A DNA stretch of 64,000 nucleotides from a virus (IMGVR_UViG_3300027746_000644:30400-94399), one strand, 5' to 3'; shown: positions 37,455-47,345, counted from the stretch's first letter. Notes: generated by a model from the sequence alone, not told the origin. Translations and numbers: made by a program.

Positions 37455-38228
37455 ATGAAAATTATAATTGCAGGATACGGATTTGTTGGTAAAGCAGTTG
37501 GACAAACATTGCAAACCAAGCATCAAATTGTGATTGTGGATCCCAAGTATACTACAGATCAAATAAAAGACCATCACGATGCAGATGGGTTAATTATTTG
37601 TGTTGATACGCCAACTACAGAAGATGGTGTTTGCGATATTAGAAATATTTCTAATATTTTAGACTCAGTGCCTATTTTTATGCCTGTACTGATTAAAAGT
37701 ACAGTGATCCCGAATGTACTAACTGCACTTGGAGAACTGTATAAAGACCATTCTATTGTTTATAGTCCTGAATTTTTGCGAGCGGCTACTTCGGTCAAAG
37801 ACTTTGCTGAACAAAAGTTTATGATAATTGGAGGCGACGATCCCGAAGGAATCTGGCAGGAAATCTTTAGTTCAGTATTGCCCAATTGCAAATTATTTTT
37901 TCAATGCACTGTTACCGAAGCGGCCATGGCCAAATACAGCGTAAACTCGTTTCTTGCGGCAAAGATTTCTTTTTTCAATCAACTATTTGATATTTGTGAA
38001 AAAAATGGAGCAGACTATTCTATAGTACGCCAAATGATTACACATGATCAAAGAATTGGTTCCAGTCATACCCTAGTACCTGGGCTTGACAGCGAGCGTG
38101 GTTTTGGTGGTGCGTGTTTTCCCAAGGACACAGAGGCATTTTTAAAATACACCAAAGCAATCGATGCGCCTTTTAGTATTCTTGAAACTTCGGTGGAATA
38201 CAATAAAAAGGTAAGAAAAAATACTTGA
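37455..38228 (+). CDS. UDP-glucose/GDP-mannose dehydrogenase family protein (short form)
   Basis: GYGFVG, IKST, SPEFL, GFGGACFPKD; no C-terminal UDP-binding domain. Confidence 0.85.
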   Translation: MKIIIAGYGFVGKAVGQTLQTKHQIVIVDPKYTTDQIKDHHDADGLIICVDTPTTEDGVCDIRNISNILDSVPIFMPVLIKSTVIPNVLTALGELYKDHSIVYSPEFLRAATSVKDFAEQKFMIIGGDDPEGIWQEIFSSVLPNCKLFFQCTVTEAAMAKYSVNSFLAAKISFFNQLFDICEKNGADYSIVRQMITHDQRIGSSHTLVPGLDSERGFGGACFPKDTEAFLKYTKAIDAPFSILETSVEYNKKVRKNT

Positions 38229-38253
38229 CTTAATCAAAAAATCTAAGTATAAT
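38225..38253 (+). promoter_or_regulatory. Sigma70-type promoter for the clamp-dpdA operon
   Basis: TTGACT, 17 bp, TATAAT. Confidence 0.75.
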
Positions 38254-38273
38254 TACAACATATGGAGAATCTC

Positions 38274-39005
38274 ATGAAAGACTTTTTACAAGACCTAGTA
38301 GCACACACACACAATTTGGGCTTTTTACCTTTGGTCAAGGTGAGTTCAACGGACAAAGAAACTACTATTGAATCTATGGCTGAGGATCGCAGTGTTATCC
38401 TTAATGCCAAAGCACACGACCCAGTTAGCGATTTTGAAGGCACATTTGGTATGCCTAACTTAAACAAGTTAGATATTCACCTCAAGTGTCCAGAATACAA
38501 AGAAGGTGCAACTATCAAGGTTGTTAAACAACAGCGTAATGGTGAAGAAATTCCAACAGGTTTGCATTTTATTAATGCCACTGCTGACTTTGAAAACGAT
38601 TATCGTTTTATGAACAGCGATATTATTAATGACAAATTAAAATCAGCTAAATTCAAAGGCGCACAATGGGATATCGAATTTCAGCCTTCTGTTGCAAGTA
38701 TACAAAAATTAAAATTGCAAGCCAGTGCTCACAGCGAAGAAAAAGTCTTTGAAGTTAGAACAGAAGACGGACACTTGGTGTTTAGCTTTGGTGATTCAAG
38801 CACACATGCAGGATCATTTATTTTCCAAGCAAATGTTGTTGGCAAATTAAAACAAACTTGGTCCTGGCCCGTTAATGCTGTACAAAGTATTTTAGGCCTA
38901 AGCGGTACTGCTACTATGCGTATTGCAGATGGCGGATTGTTAAACATCAATATCGACAGCGGTGTTGCAGTATATGATTATATTTTGCCAGCACAATCTA
39001 AGTAA
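38274..39005 (+). CDS. Probable sliding clamp (T4 gp45-like)
   Basis: About 243 aa with two-domain alpha/beta pattern, FEGTFGMPNLNKL, C-terminal YDYIL; next to polB; start at ATG 38274 after GGAG. Confidence 0.65.
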   Translation: MKDFLQDLVAHTHNLGFLPLVKVSSTDKETTIESMAEDRSVILNAKAHDPVSDFEGTFGMPNLNKLDIHLKCPEYKEGATIKVVKQQRNGEEIPTGLHFINATADFENDYRFMNSDIINDKLKSAKFKGAQWDIEFQPSVASIQKLKLQASAHSEEKVFEVRTEDGHLVFSFGDSSTHAGSFIFQANVVGKLKQTWSWPVNAVQSILGLSGTATMRIADGGLLNINIDSGVAVYDYILPAQSK

Positions 39006-40702
39006 TGAATAAAAATTTAACCGCAACTCAAAACGACTATGCATATTTCTTGCCGGCAACGTCAGGATTTTATAGTACGTATATAGGTAAACAAAGATAT
39101 AGTAATTACGTAGATCCTGCACGTATACCTGCTAGCTTTGGTCCTCTTGGAATCGAAGCAATGAACTATTTGAATCCCAATGCGGCATTTTACTTTGATC
39201 ATTGTTTGTATTCAGCAGGTCATGCTAACTTAGATTTAACTAAACCCGACCCAAGCGAAGATATGTTTCGTAATAGAGACCGATCAACTAGCTGGGTGTT
39301 AGGCGACTCTGGAGGTTTCCAGATTGGTAAGGGTGTATGGGAAGGTGAATGGAATGATCCAATTGGTGCTGAAGTGTCTCAACGCATGGCTGAAGCAGTT
39401 GCTAAGGGTGTTGAATTAGTTCCGCAAATGCATCCGACAGGACATCCTAAGACAGATAAGAATGGTAATCCTAAGTATACTAAAATTGATCATGTTAAGA
39501 TTTATCAATCAAAATTAGATGCGGCACAAAAAAAGCGCAGTCAAGTATTAGCTTGGATGGATGCCTTAATGGACTATGGTATGGTGCTTGATATTCCAGC
39601 GTGGGTTGCTCGCAGTCCAGTTGGTGCCAAGAATAGCGGCATTGCCAGTTATGAACAGGCAGTAGCGGCTACCAAATACAACAACGAATACTTTATTAAA
39701 CATCGCACAGGTGCTTGTAAGTTCTTAAATGTTCTACAGGGTGAGAATCATGCACAAGCAGAAGATTGGTATCAGCAAATGAAAGACTTTTGCGATCCAA
39801 AAAAATACGACAAACCATTCAACGGTTGGGCCATGGGTGGTCAAAATATGTGTGACGTGGATTTAGTTCTGCGTAGATTGGTGGCACTGAAGTTTGACGG
39901 GTTGTTAGAAGAAGGCCATCAAGACTGGATGCACTTCCTAGGTACTAGTAAATTGGAATGGGCACTGTTGCTGACAGATATTCAACGTGCTGTTCGTAAA
40001 TATCACAATCCTAAATTCACAATTAGTTTTGACTGTGCTAGCCCGTTCTTGGCAACTGCTAACGGACAAATTTATGTTCAAACAGAAATTGAAGATAGAC
40101 AAAAGTGGCTCTACAGAATGTTGCCTAGTTTAGATAATAAAAAATACAGCAAGGATACACGTCTATTCCAAGATGTAGTAGTACAAGATGGTCATTTTAA
40201 ATCGTTTACTACTAGTCCCTTAATGGACGGGGTTGAAGTTAAGGACATTTGTATTTACGGTCCTAACGATATGAACAAAATTGGTAAAGTTGGCAAAACA
40301 TCGTGGGATAGTTTTACCTATGCAATAATGATGGGCCATAATGTTTGGCTACACTTAAACAGCGTACAAGAAGCTAATCGTCAATATGATGCTGGGTTAT
40401 GTCCTGCCATGTTAGTTGATGAAAAATTCGAGCGTGTGTTTTTTAAAGATGTTGTGGATGCTATTTTCAGTACAGATGACAGAGCCACTGCCGAAGCTAT
40501 TATTGACGGTTTTGATAAATTTTGGCAAGCTATTCCCGGTACTCGTGGTGCTATTGGTAAAAAGACTGTGAACGCATCAACCAATTATTTCAAATTCTTT
40601 GACGAAGTAGGTGAAGATACTGTACAATTGGAAGACGATGTGGATTTTGACGAGTCTGCAATTGATAAATTAGACGACTTAGAAGCTAGTGTACACGAAT
40701 AG
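39005..40702 (+). CDS. dpdA: tRNA-guanine-transglycosylase-fold protein, DpdA-like DNA 7-deazaguanine transglycosylase
   Basis: LGDSGGFQ, MVLDIP, NVLQG, GWAMGG, HFLG, ISFDCASP and HN motifs of the TGT barrel; folE and queE in the same locus. Confidence 0.8.
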   Translation: MNKNLTATQNDYAYFLPATSGFYSTYIGKQRYSNYVDPARIPASFGPLGIEAMNYLNPNAAFYFDHCLYSAGHANLDLTKPDPSEDMFRNRDRSTSWVLGDSGGFQIGKGVWEGEWNDPIGAEVSQRMAEAVAKGVELVPQMHPTGHPKTDKNGNPKYTKIDHVKIYQSKLDAAQKKRSQVLAWMDALMDYGMVLDIPAWVARSPVGAKNSGIASYEQAVAATKYNNEYFIKHRTGACKFLNVLQGENHAQAEDWYQQMKDFCDPKKYDKPFNGWAMGGQNMCDVDLVLRRLVALKFDGLLEEGHQDWMHFLGTSKLEWALLLTDIQRAVRKYHNPKFTISFDCASPFLATANGQIYVQTEIEDRQKWLYRMLPSLDNKKYSKDTRLFQDVVVQDGHFKSFTTSPLMDGVEVKDICIYGPNDMNKIGKVGKTSWDSFTYAIMMGHNVWLHLNSVQEANRQYDAGLCPAMLVDEKFERVFFKDVVDAIFSTDDRATAEAIIDGFDKFWQAIPGTRGAIGKKTVNASTNYFKFFDEVGEDTVQLEDDVDFDESAIDKLDDLEASVHE

Positions 40703-40745
40703 TAGAGGTATTACCCGTGAAAATTTTCATGAAAAGAGTTATAAG

Positions 40746-40991
40746 ATGACATTACCTGATGAAAGATATCGAGCAGTAATGCAGACCCAAAGATTTCTCT
40801 TAAGGTTGTTAACTACTCCTCGAGTTCCTAAAGCCATTAAAGATGAAGCTAGAGCTTGTTTACGCCATTATCCTAGTGAATACGATATGAAAAAAGTATC
40901 ACAGACGAGTGCTGATATTTTTGCTGAACGTATGGAAGATGTAACTCGAATGTTTAAAAAATACGAAGAAGGCAGAAATGAGCAAGCGTAG
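40746..40991 (+). CDS. Small hypothetical protein
   Basis: MTLPDERYRAV...PRVPKAIKDEARACLRHYP. Confidence 0.65.
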   Translation: MTLPDERYRAVMQTQRFLLRLLTTPRVPKAIKDEARACLRHYPSEYDMKKVSQTSADIFAERMEDVTRMFKKYEEGRNEQA

Positions 40992-41862
40992 CCTTATCAT
41001 TGGCATGGGCATTGGACAGTTATATAAAACTGTACTGACTAATCTTGGCCACAAAGTTGTCACTGTGGATCAAGATATTGGCAAACAAGCAGATTTTGAT
41101 TCTGTTGATAAGGCATTATTAGTGCATGGTTTATTTGATACTGTTCATATCTGTACTCCTAACTTTACACACTTTGAAATTGCGGCCAGAGTTGCTCCAC
41201 ACAGTAAAATTGTGTTTATTGAAAAGCCTGGTGTGGCTACCAGCAGTACATGGACTAAACTCGTAACTGAATTTAAGCAAACACGTTTCATCATGGTTAA
41301 AAACAACATGTGGCGTGATAACATTGCCGAGTTGCAGGAACTGGCAAATAAATCTAAAAAGATTAATCTCAATTGGATCAATAAGGATCGTATACCAAAT
41401 CCCGGTAGTTGGTTTACAACTAAAAAATTAGCATTTGGTGGAGTCAGTAGAGACCTAATGCCTCATTTGTTAAGTTGGTTTATTGTGTTGGCACCAGAAT
41501 GGGCTAAATCCGATATATGTAAACAAACTGCTTTTAAAAGATGGACATTGGGTCAACTGACTGGTACAGATTACGGCAGTGTTAATATTAACGGCACGTA
41601 TGACGTAGATGATTTTTGTCAAATTAATTTTACAGACAAATGGCAACTAACAGCTGATTGGCGAGATATGACATTGGATAAAAGAAATATTGAATTTGTC
41701 ATGGAAGACAACAGTGTAGTCACTGTTGAATTAGGACTATGTCCAGAATATGCTTATCAAAACATGATTGCAGATGCTGTTGCTAATGTAGATAATCATA
41801 TCTTTTGGCTTAATCAATATAAACAAGACACATGGATACACGAACGGATTGAAAATCTATGA
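40978..41862 (+). CDS. Gfo/Idh/MocA-family NAD(P)-dependent oxidoreductase
   Basis: GMGIG, ICTPNFTH, IEKP, GGVSRDLMPH. Confidence 0.85.
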   Translation: MSKRSLIIGMGIGQLYKTVLTNLGHKVVTVDQDIGKQADFDSVDKALLVHGLFDTVHICTPNFTHFEIAARVAPHSKIVFIEKPGVATSSTWTKLVTEFKQTRFIMVKNNMWRDNIAELQELANKSKKINLNWINKDRIPNPGSWFTTKKLAFGGVSRDLMPHLLSWFIVLAPEWAKSDICKQTAFKRWTLGQLTGTDYGSVNINGTYDVDDFCQINFTDKWQLTADWRDMTLDKRNIEFVMEDNSVVTVELGLCPEYAYQNMIADAVANVDNHIFWLNQYKQDTWIHERIENL

Positions 41863-42743
41863 CTACCAGAATATTATATACTCAAGGCGATGGCAGTTTT
41901 GTAGAAACTACTTGGCTCAAACCATACATGACTGATGACGAAATTGAAGTTAGGTCATTAATGACTGGTGTATGTCGCAGTGATATTGATATGATGATGG
42001 GAAATTTTGGTCCCCTGCCTATTGAAATGAGTGGGCATGAAGGACTAGGACAAGTCACACGAGTTGGCGCATTGGTGTCTGGTATTAAAGAAGGTGACTA
42101 TGTTGCCACACGAGGCGAACCTGCTTATGCGGATGTTTACAATGCAAAACACAATGAGTGGGTGCAAATACCTGAACCGCATCCACGCTACATTATTGAA
42201 CCAGTTGCTTGTGGAATCAATGTCGTGGATCAAGCGTCTGAAGAGATTAAAAAAAGACATGGTAAAATATTAATTATTGGTAGTGGGTTTCTTGCGTGGG
42301 TTGCTTATCATAGATTAATGTTGCGTAAATTAGACATTGATGTATTAGGGTCTAATAATCAAGACTTATGGGGCAATACTCTGTTGTTGGGAACTAGTGA
42401 AAGTTATGATGTTGTGATTGACCTCAGTGGCAAATATGCGTTAGGTACAGAAATCAACCTAAATAACAATGCATTAATTATAGACGGTGTTGGCAAAGCA
42501 GTCAGTAGAGAAGAAGCACAAGCTCAGCTTTGGAAAGCCTGCACAACTATACGTCCAAGTCCAAGAAATCCTAATTTTCATCAATGTATGAAAGATGCAG
42601 TTTGGATGATTGAAAATGGCTATCTAGAGGTTGATAGTTTTTGGACAAGAGCATATAATAGAAACATAGAGTGGCAACAAGCGTTTGCGGATGGTGCGGA
42701 TCGTCCAAGCGGTTACAGCAGAGGTTATATCAAATGGGACTAA
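41859..42743 (+). CDS. Zinc-binding (MDR-family) dehydrogenase
   Basis: GVCRSD, GHEGLG, EPVACG, GSGFLA. Confidence 0.85.
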   Translation: MTTRILYTQGDGSFVETTWLKPYMTDDEIEVRSLMTGVCRSDIDMMMGNFGPLPIEMSGHEGLGQVTRVGALVSGIKEGDYVATRGEPAYADVYNAKHNEWVQIPEPHPRYIIEPVACGINVVDQASEEIKKRHGKILIIGSGFLAWVAYHRLMLRKLDIDVLGSNNQDLWGNTLLLGTSESYDVVIDLSGKYALGTEINLNNNALIIDGVGKAVSREEAQAQLWKACTTIRPSPRNPNFHQCMKDAVWMIENGYLEVDSFWTRAYNRNIEWQQAFADGADRPSGYSRGYIKWD

Positions 42744-43249
42744 ACACTGAAGAACGACAAGGTGTTGTGTATTTTACAGGTTATGAAGTTGAACATACTG
42801 TTTGTCATGGTATGTTTACATTGTTTGTTGTGGGTACTCCGCCTATTGAAGAAATTCTTACAAAAGCTGAAGAAAACAAAATAAAACATATCTACTTTGG
42901 CACAAGCCAAAGTTTTAATCCAAGAGCAATTAGTCACGAAGAGTACCAAGCATGGGATGCTGTCATTGTTCCTTGTTTGAAAAAAGATTATTGGGTAACC
43001 TTAGACTTTGATGTTAGTCATTCTGAAGGTGTACTCGAATCTGGTTATAGTGAATATTCAAAATTTGTACCGATGATCAGTGTGAAACTTCCATACATTA
43101 ATCAACATAACTATAACGCCACACTTAAATTAGATGATCGCACTTGGGGTGCTACCAATCCCGGTGTGTGGACTCATCAACTTCACAGCCTAATGAGTAT
43201 GAGAAAATATACGCATTGGGATCAATATACACAAGATACAACACTATGA
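42734..43249 (+). CDS. Hypothetical protein in the deazaguanine locus
   Basis: FTGYEVEHT...TLFVVG...HIYFG...KLDD...TNPGVW; ATG 42734 overlaps the upstream gene end. Confidence 0.7.
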   Translation: MGLNTEERQGVVYFTGYEVEHTVCHGMFTLFVVGTPPIEEILTKAEENKIKHIYFGTSQSFNPRAISHEEYQAWDAVIVPCLKKDYWVTLDFDVSHSEGVLESGYSEYSKFVPMISVKLPYINQHNYNATLKLDDRTWGATNPGVWTHQLHSLMSMRKYTHWDQYTQDTTL

Positions 43250-43641
43250 TTATTAAACAAGACATTCGCCCTAACAAAATGATTTGGGTTACCTTTCGCA
43301 AGGAAGGCATACATAAGTACCCAGCGGCGCTGACTGATCCAGCGTTGGCTACAGGAGATGAATATGACGTATCGTTTTTGGGTCACCTTCATCGCCACAT
43401 CTTTCATTTCAGGGTGTGGATCAATGTGCTCCACAATGACAGAGACATTGAGTTCATCCAATTCAAACGATGGCTCGAGTCGCTGTATAATGGTCAAGGT
43501 GCCGTTCTAAGCCTTGACTTCAAGAGTTGTGAAATGATGTCCGACGATCTGTTTGACGTTATTTCCAATAAGTATCCAGGTCGAGAGATCTGGATTGAGA
43601 TCTCCGAAGACGGAGAAAATGGTTCGTTTATCAAATATTAA
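43246..43641 (+). CDS. dpdL: T-fold QueD paralogue, DpdL-like (putative CDG decarboxylase)
   Basis: LGHLHRHIF fits the LxxxHRHxF signature as I recall it; SCE and ISEDGENG T-fold motifs; ATGA overlap. Confidence 0.65.
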   Translation: MIIKQDIRPNKMIWVTFRKEGIHKYPAALTDPALATGDEYDVSFLGHLHRHIFHFRVWINVLHNDRDIEFIQFKRWLESLYNGQGAVLSLDFKSCEMMSDDLFDVISNKYPGREIWIEISEDGENGSFIKY

Positions 43642-43652
43642 AAGAGGCTGCA

Positions 43653-43901
43653 ATGGCTAAGAATTACAAAGACATCAATTATTTTGAGACCCGCCCTGAC
43701 ATCGTTAAAATCTTCGATGAACTGGAATCTTTCCTCAACTTTTGTAGGATTGAGTTGTTTCCCTACAACGAATCAGACTTGTACAACAGAGAAAGTTGGG
43801 TGTGGCGCAATTACGAAAAGAGCAAGCGGCCAAAGAAAGCATGGACTGGTGAGAAAAAACCTTACCAAGGCAATCGTCCGTTTGTTAACAGAAATCAATG
43901 A
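43653..43901 (+). CDS. Hypothetical protein
   Basis: GAGG SD; KIFDELE.FL.FCR...YNESDLY. Confidence 0.65.
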   Translation: MAKNYKDINYFETRPDIVKIFDELESFLNFCRIELFPYNESDLYNRESWVWRNYEKSKRPKKAWTGEKKPYQGNRPFVNRNQ

Positions 43902-44998
43902 ACGTCTTCATAGTTGATTTAGAAGCAGTTGAAACTAGGTACACGGGTCAGTGGAAGACTCATGTGCCTAATCTCTTACGAAAGGCAGGACACAATGTTC
44001 AAATTATCTCTGGTCCTATGGACATACCTAGTGCTACCACTCCAGGAGCGTTTCTCAACTTTGGCGGAACTAACATTTACAAAGCTAGCCAAGTGGAGCA
44101 GATGGGTCGTTTATTTTGTAACGGAGCCGTTCATCCCGGCGATCACTTTATCTTTACTGATGCTTGGCATCCTGGTATCATAAATTTAAAGTACATGAGT
44201 GAATTGTTGCAGATTCCCGTAACTACACACGGCTTATGGCATGCTGGCAGTTACGATCCTCAAGATTTCCTTGGACGTCTTGTTGGCAACAAACCTTGGG
44301 TGCGCAATGCAGAAAAAAGTTTCTTTTATGCATTTGATTATAATTACTTTGCTACAAATTTTCATATAGAACTATTTCATAGAGAATTACTCAATGGTGG
44401 ATTTCAAACTGAAAATCCTTGGTATGAAGAAGAACTCAAAGAAATACTAAATGGTGAATATCCAAACATTGTGCGTACTGGATGGCCCATGGAATATATG
44501 AGTGACACATTGCTACCATATAAAGGTATGCCTAAACGTGACTTAATTTTGTTTCCGCACAGGATTGCTCCAGAAAAACAAGTTGAAATTTTTCGTGATT
44601 TAGCAGAACACTTACCACAGTATGAATTTGTAGTGTGTCAAGATCAACAACTTACAAAAAACGAATATCACAATTTATTAGGTGAAGCTAAAATAGTATT
44701 CAGTGCTAATTTACAAGAAACACTGGGTATCAGTTGTTACGAAGGTGCAGTAGTGGATGCTGTTCCCATGGTGCCCGATAGACTCAGTTACAGTGAAATG
44801 TATTTTGATACTTTCAAGTATCCCTCAGAATGGACCGAAAGTTTCGAGTCCTACAAAGTATTTAGGCCAAACTTATGTGGAAAGATAATTCAATATATGG
44901 ATAATTACACACATATGATTCCGTCTATACACAAACAAACGGAGACATTACATGAGCAATTCTTCTCAGCCGGCGGGCTCGTCAATAACATCAAGTGA
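43898..44998 (+). CDS. GT-B fold glycosyltransferase (GT4-like)
   Basis: FPHRIAPEKQ, YHNLLGEAKIVFS, QETLGISCYEG, PDRLSYSE. Confidence 0.8.
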   Translation: MNVFIVDLEAVETRYTGQWKTHVPNLLRKAGHNVQIISGPMDIPSATTPGAFLNFGGTNIYKASQVEQMGRLFCNGAVHPGDHFIFTDAWHPGIINLKYMSELLQIPVTTHGLWHAGSYDPQDFLGRLVGNKPWVRNAEKSFFYAFDYNYFATNFHIELFHRELLNGGFQTENPWYEEELKEILNGEYPNIVRTGWPMEYMSDTLLPYKGMPKRDLILFPHRIAPEKQVEIFRDLAEHLPQYEFVVCQDQQLTKNEYHNLLGEAKIVFSANLQETLGISCYEGAVVDAVPMVPDRLSYSEMYFDTFKYPSEWTESFESYKVFRPNLCGKIIQYMDNYTHMIPSIHKQTETLHEQFFSAGGLVNNIK

Positions 44999-45374
44999 CA
45001 CCTATACCATTGATGTCAGTGGCCTATCTACTTTTAATTTTACCAATAATGATACCATTACATTTAGTGGGTATAGTCCTTGTACAGTATCTTATCCTAC
45101 GTATTATAGTAGCCCATCAATTTCAACACTAACTACTACACAGATTTCAGGGCTAACTACTACACAAATTGGTTCAATAACTAGTATAGATACGTCGGCG
45201 TTTACAATAACTTTTCCCGAAGAGTGGGTTCATAGTTTTCCTGATATTAAACGTGTTGAAAAAATGTGTGAGGAATATCCAGGATTGAAAATAGCATACG
45301 AAAAATTTAAAACTGTTTATAAACTAGTAGCGGACCATTATGATACTCCAAAAGATAAAAGACCTAAGCCTTGA
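44952..45374 (+). CDS. Hypothetical protein with Ser/Thr-rich N-terminus
   Basis: LTTTQI duplicated; helical C-terminal MCEEYPGLKIAYEKF. Confidence 0.6.
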   Translation: MSNSSQPAGSSITSSDTYTIDVSGLSTFNFTNNDTITFSGYSPCTVSYPTYYSSPSISTLTTTQISGLTTTQIGSITSIDTSAFTITFPEEWVHSFPDIKRVEKMCEEYPGLKIAYEKFKTVYKLVADHYDTPKDKRPKP

Positions 45375-45816
45375 TTGGTTAGCGCGGCTGGATCGCAAAC
45401 GTGTTATCATGGATCGGCAGTGTAACGAGCCTTTGTTAACTCGTTACTATTTGTTTTTGAAAGATCGTACGTGGTTTCCATTTAACATATTCTTACACAA
45501 GTTTCACAAAGGTGACCCGGGTGACGTACATGACCATCCGTGGCCTTATGCTACACTGATATTAAAAGGCGGCTACTATGAATATACCCCTAATTTTGAA
45601 AATGGCCGAATGGTTGGAGAAACAAAGCATTGGCGCGGTCCTGGTCACTGGCGCATTTGCAGTTCTAACAGCTATCATCGTATCGAATTGGTTCCTGGAG
45701 TAACTGCATGGACTTTGTTTATGCCGGGGCCGCAAAAACAAGAATGGGGATTTTTGGTAAACAATAAATGGATACACAATGACAAGTACCTTGAAGACCG
45801 TAAACAAAATGGCTAG
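45340..45816 (+). CDS. Cupin-fold metalloprotein
   Basis: HDHPW...GGYYE...HRIEL...WTLF. Confidence 0.7.
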   Translation: MILQKIKDLSLDWLARLDRKRVIMDRQCNEPLLTRYYLFLKDRTWFPFNIFLHKFHKGDPGDVHDHPWPYATLILKGGYYEYTPNFENGRMVGETKHWRGPGHWRICSSNSYHRIELVPGVTAWTLFMPGPQKQEWGFLVNNKWIHNDKYLEDRKQNG

Positions 45817-46237
45817 GACTCCTTCACAAGCTGTAGTTGGCATTAATAAGCATGGGTTGTACGGTGCTGTTCCTCCAGGTATGACTGTAGGTGGAGTATT
45901 GCCAGTTGGACAAGTTTATACAACCAATACTACAGCTGGCAAGTTTTTAACCTCTGGATCTAATGGTACAAATTGGACTACTGGCGCCATCACTACCCCA
46001 TATGACAGTGTTATGGTTGCCAAGAATAATCCGCCTGAATTAGAAGTTAAAGGTCGTATGGTTATCAATGGGCGAGACTTAGAAGAACGGCTAAACACTA
46101 TTGAAAAAGTCTTGCAAATTCCCGAAAGAGATGTTATACTTGAACGTAAGCATCCAAAGCTAAAGAAACTGTATGATGAATACATCACAGCATTGGGTAA
46201 GTATAGAACATTTGAATCAATTAAAGGAGATGAATGA
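45809..46237 (+). CDS. Hypothetical protein
   Basis: LEVKG..VING.DL.ERL..IE motif; overlaps neighbouring ORFs. Confidence 0.6.
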   Translation: MARTPSQAVVGINKHGLYGAVPPGMTVGGVLPVGQVYTTNTTAGKFLTSGSNGTNWTTGAITTPYDSVMVAKNNPPELEVKGRMVINGRDLEERLNTIEKVLQIPERDVILERKHPKLKKLYDEYITALGKYRTFESIKGDE

Positions 46238-46467
46238 TGGACCTACATGAATCAGTAGCACATACTAGAAAAGAAATGACTGTCAAGGAGTCTGACGGAT
46301 TCCGTGTGCGCTTAGTCAAACACGAAGTAATTAGTCCCAAAGGATTGTTTAGTCTTGACATTATTCAAGAAAGTTTGAAAGACGGCAAAGTTGCAGACAG
46401 TCAAACATATAATTTCTTTATGAACAAAGAAGAACTGCAATCTCTTGCACATGGATTAACAGCGTGA
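46234..46467 (+). CDS. Hypothetical protein
   Basis: AAGGAG SD; ATGA overlap. Confidence 0.6.
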   Translation: MMDLHESVAHTRKEMTVKESDGFRVRLVKHEVISPKGLFSLDIIQESLKDGKVADSQTYNFFMNKEELQSLAHGLTA

Positions 46468-46955
46468 AAAAAGTTCATTATACTTGGCAACAAGTAGAAG
46501 GTGCTTGTTTAGAAATTGCTAGACAAATGCACGTTCATTACTGGCGGCCGGACTACATTGTTGGAATTGGCCGTGGCGGACTTGTTCCTGCCAATTTGTT
46601 GAGTCAATATACTGGCATTAAGATGAACAGTCTAGACATTAGTCTACGAGATGGTGGCGATTGCGTTAGCAATCTTGGCATGGCCGAAGATGCGTATGCG
46701 GGCAAAAAAATTCTTGTTGTGGATGACATCAACGATCAAGGATCTACTGTTGCATGGATTAAGAATGATTGGGCCAGCGGTTGTTTTCCCAACGATTCCA
46801 AATGGAAAAGTATCTGGGGAGACAATGTTAGATTTGCAGTTCTGACACACAACCAGTCAAGTCAGTTTAAAGATCCAGATTATTACATGTGGACTGTGAA
46901 CAAAGCAGAACAAGATTGTTGGTTAGTTTATCCTTGGGAGGAATTTTGGTTATGA
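46464..46955 (+). CDS. Purine phosphoribosyltransferase (Gpt-like)
   Basis: YTWQ, GIGRGGLVPA, PRPP-binding ILVVDDINDQGST, WLVYPWE. Confidence 0.85.
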   Translation: MKKVHYTWQQVEGACLEIARQMHVHYWRPDYIVGIGRGGLVPANLLSQYTGIKMNSLDISLRDGGDCVSNLGMAEDAYAGKKILVVDDINDQGSTVAWIKNDWASGCFPNDSKWKSIWGDNVRFAVLTHNQSSQFKDPDYYMWTVNKAEQDCWLVYPWEEFWL

Positions 46956-47149
46956 CATCTGCACTTATTAAATTAATTTTAGGCATTGCACTGATTCTTG
47001 TTGTTATCGTATTTGGACCTATTGTAGGAATATGGAGTTTAAACACACTGTTTCCTGTATTACAAATACCATTGACATTAGAAACATGGTGTGCATTTTT
47101 CTTGCTGTTTGGAAGCATAACAGGCTTGCGAATTGGCACTAACAAATAA
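46952..47149 (+). CDS. Small two-TM membrane protein
   Basis: GGAGG SD, ATG 46952; hydrophobic. Confidence 0.65.
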   Translation: MTSALIKLILGIALILVVIVFGPIVGIWSLNTLFPVLQIPLTLETWCAFFLLFGSITGLRIGTNK

Positions 47150-47159
47150 AGGAATACCA

Positions 47160-47345
47160 ATGACAAATCCAACTCCTCCAGAAATATTGATTGCTGATTA
47201 TCAAATCAAGATCGATACAGTTGAAACTGATATTAAAAAATTGCAAGCAGACGGTGCTAGTCCAAGAAAAGTTGAGGCATTGACAGAATATAAAAAATAT
47301 TTAGAAGACCAAATCAAGTCTATGAATCATGGCAACAACTCTTGA
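47160..47345 (+). CDS. Hypothetical coiled-coil protein
   Basis: AAGGA SD, ATG 47160. Confidence 0.55.
   Translation: MTNPTPPEILIADYQIKIDTVETDIKKLQADGASPRKVEALTEYKKYLEDQIKSMNHGNNS

Noticed and set aside
39005-40702. Ordinary tRNA queuosine transglycosylase (tgt)
   Set aside because: Lacks the CxCxxC zinc site of bacterial Tgt, has large insertions and sits in the replication operon. A DNA-directed role is more likely, though not proven.
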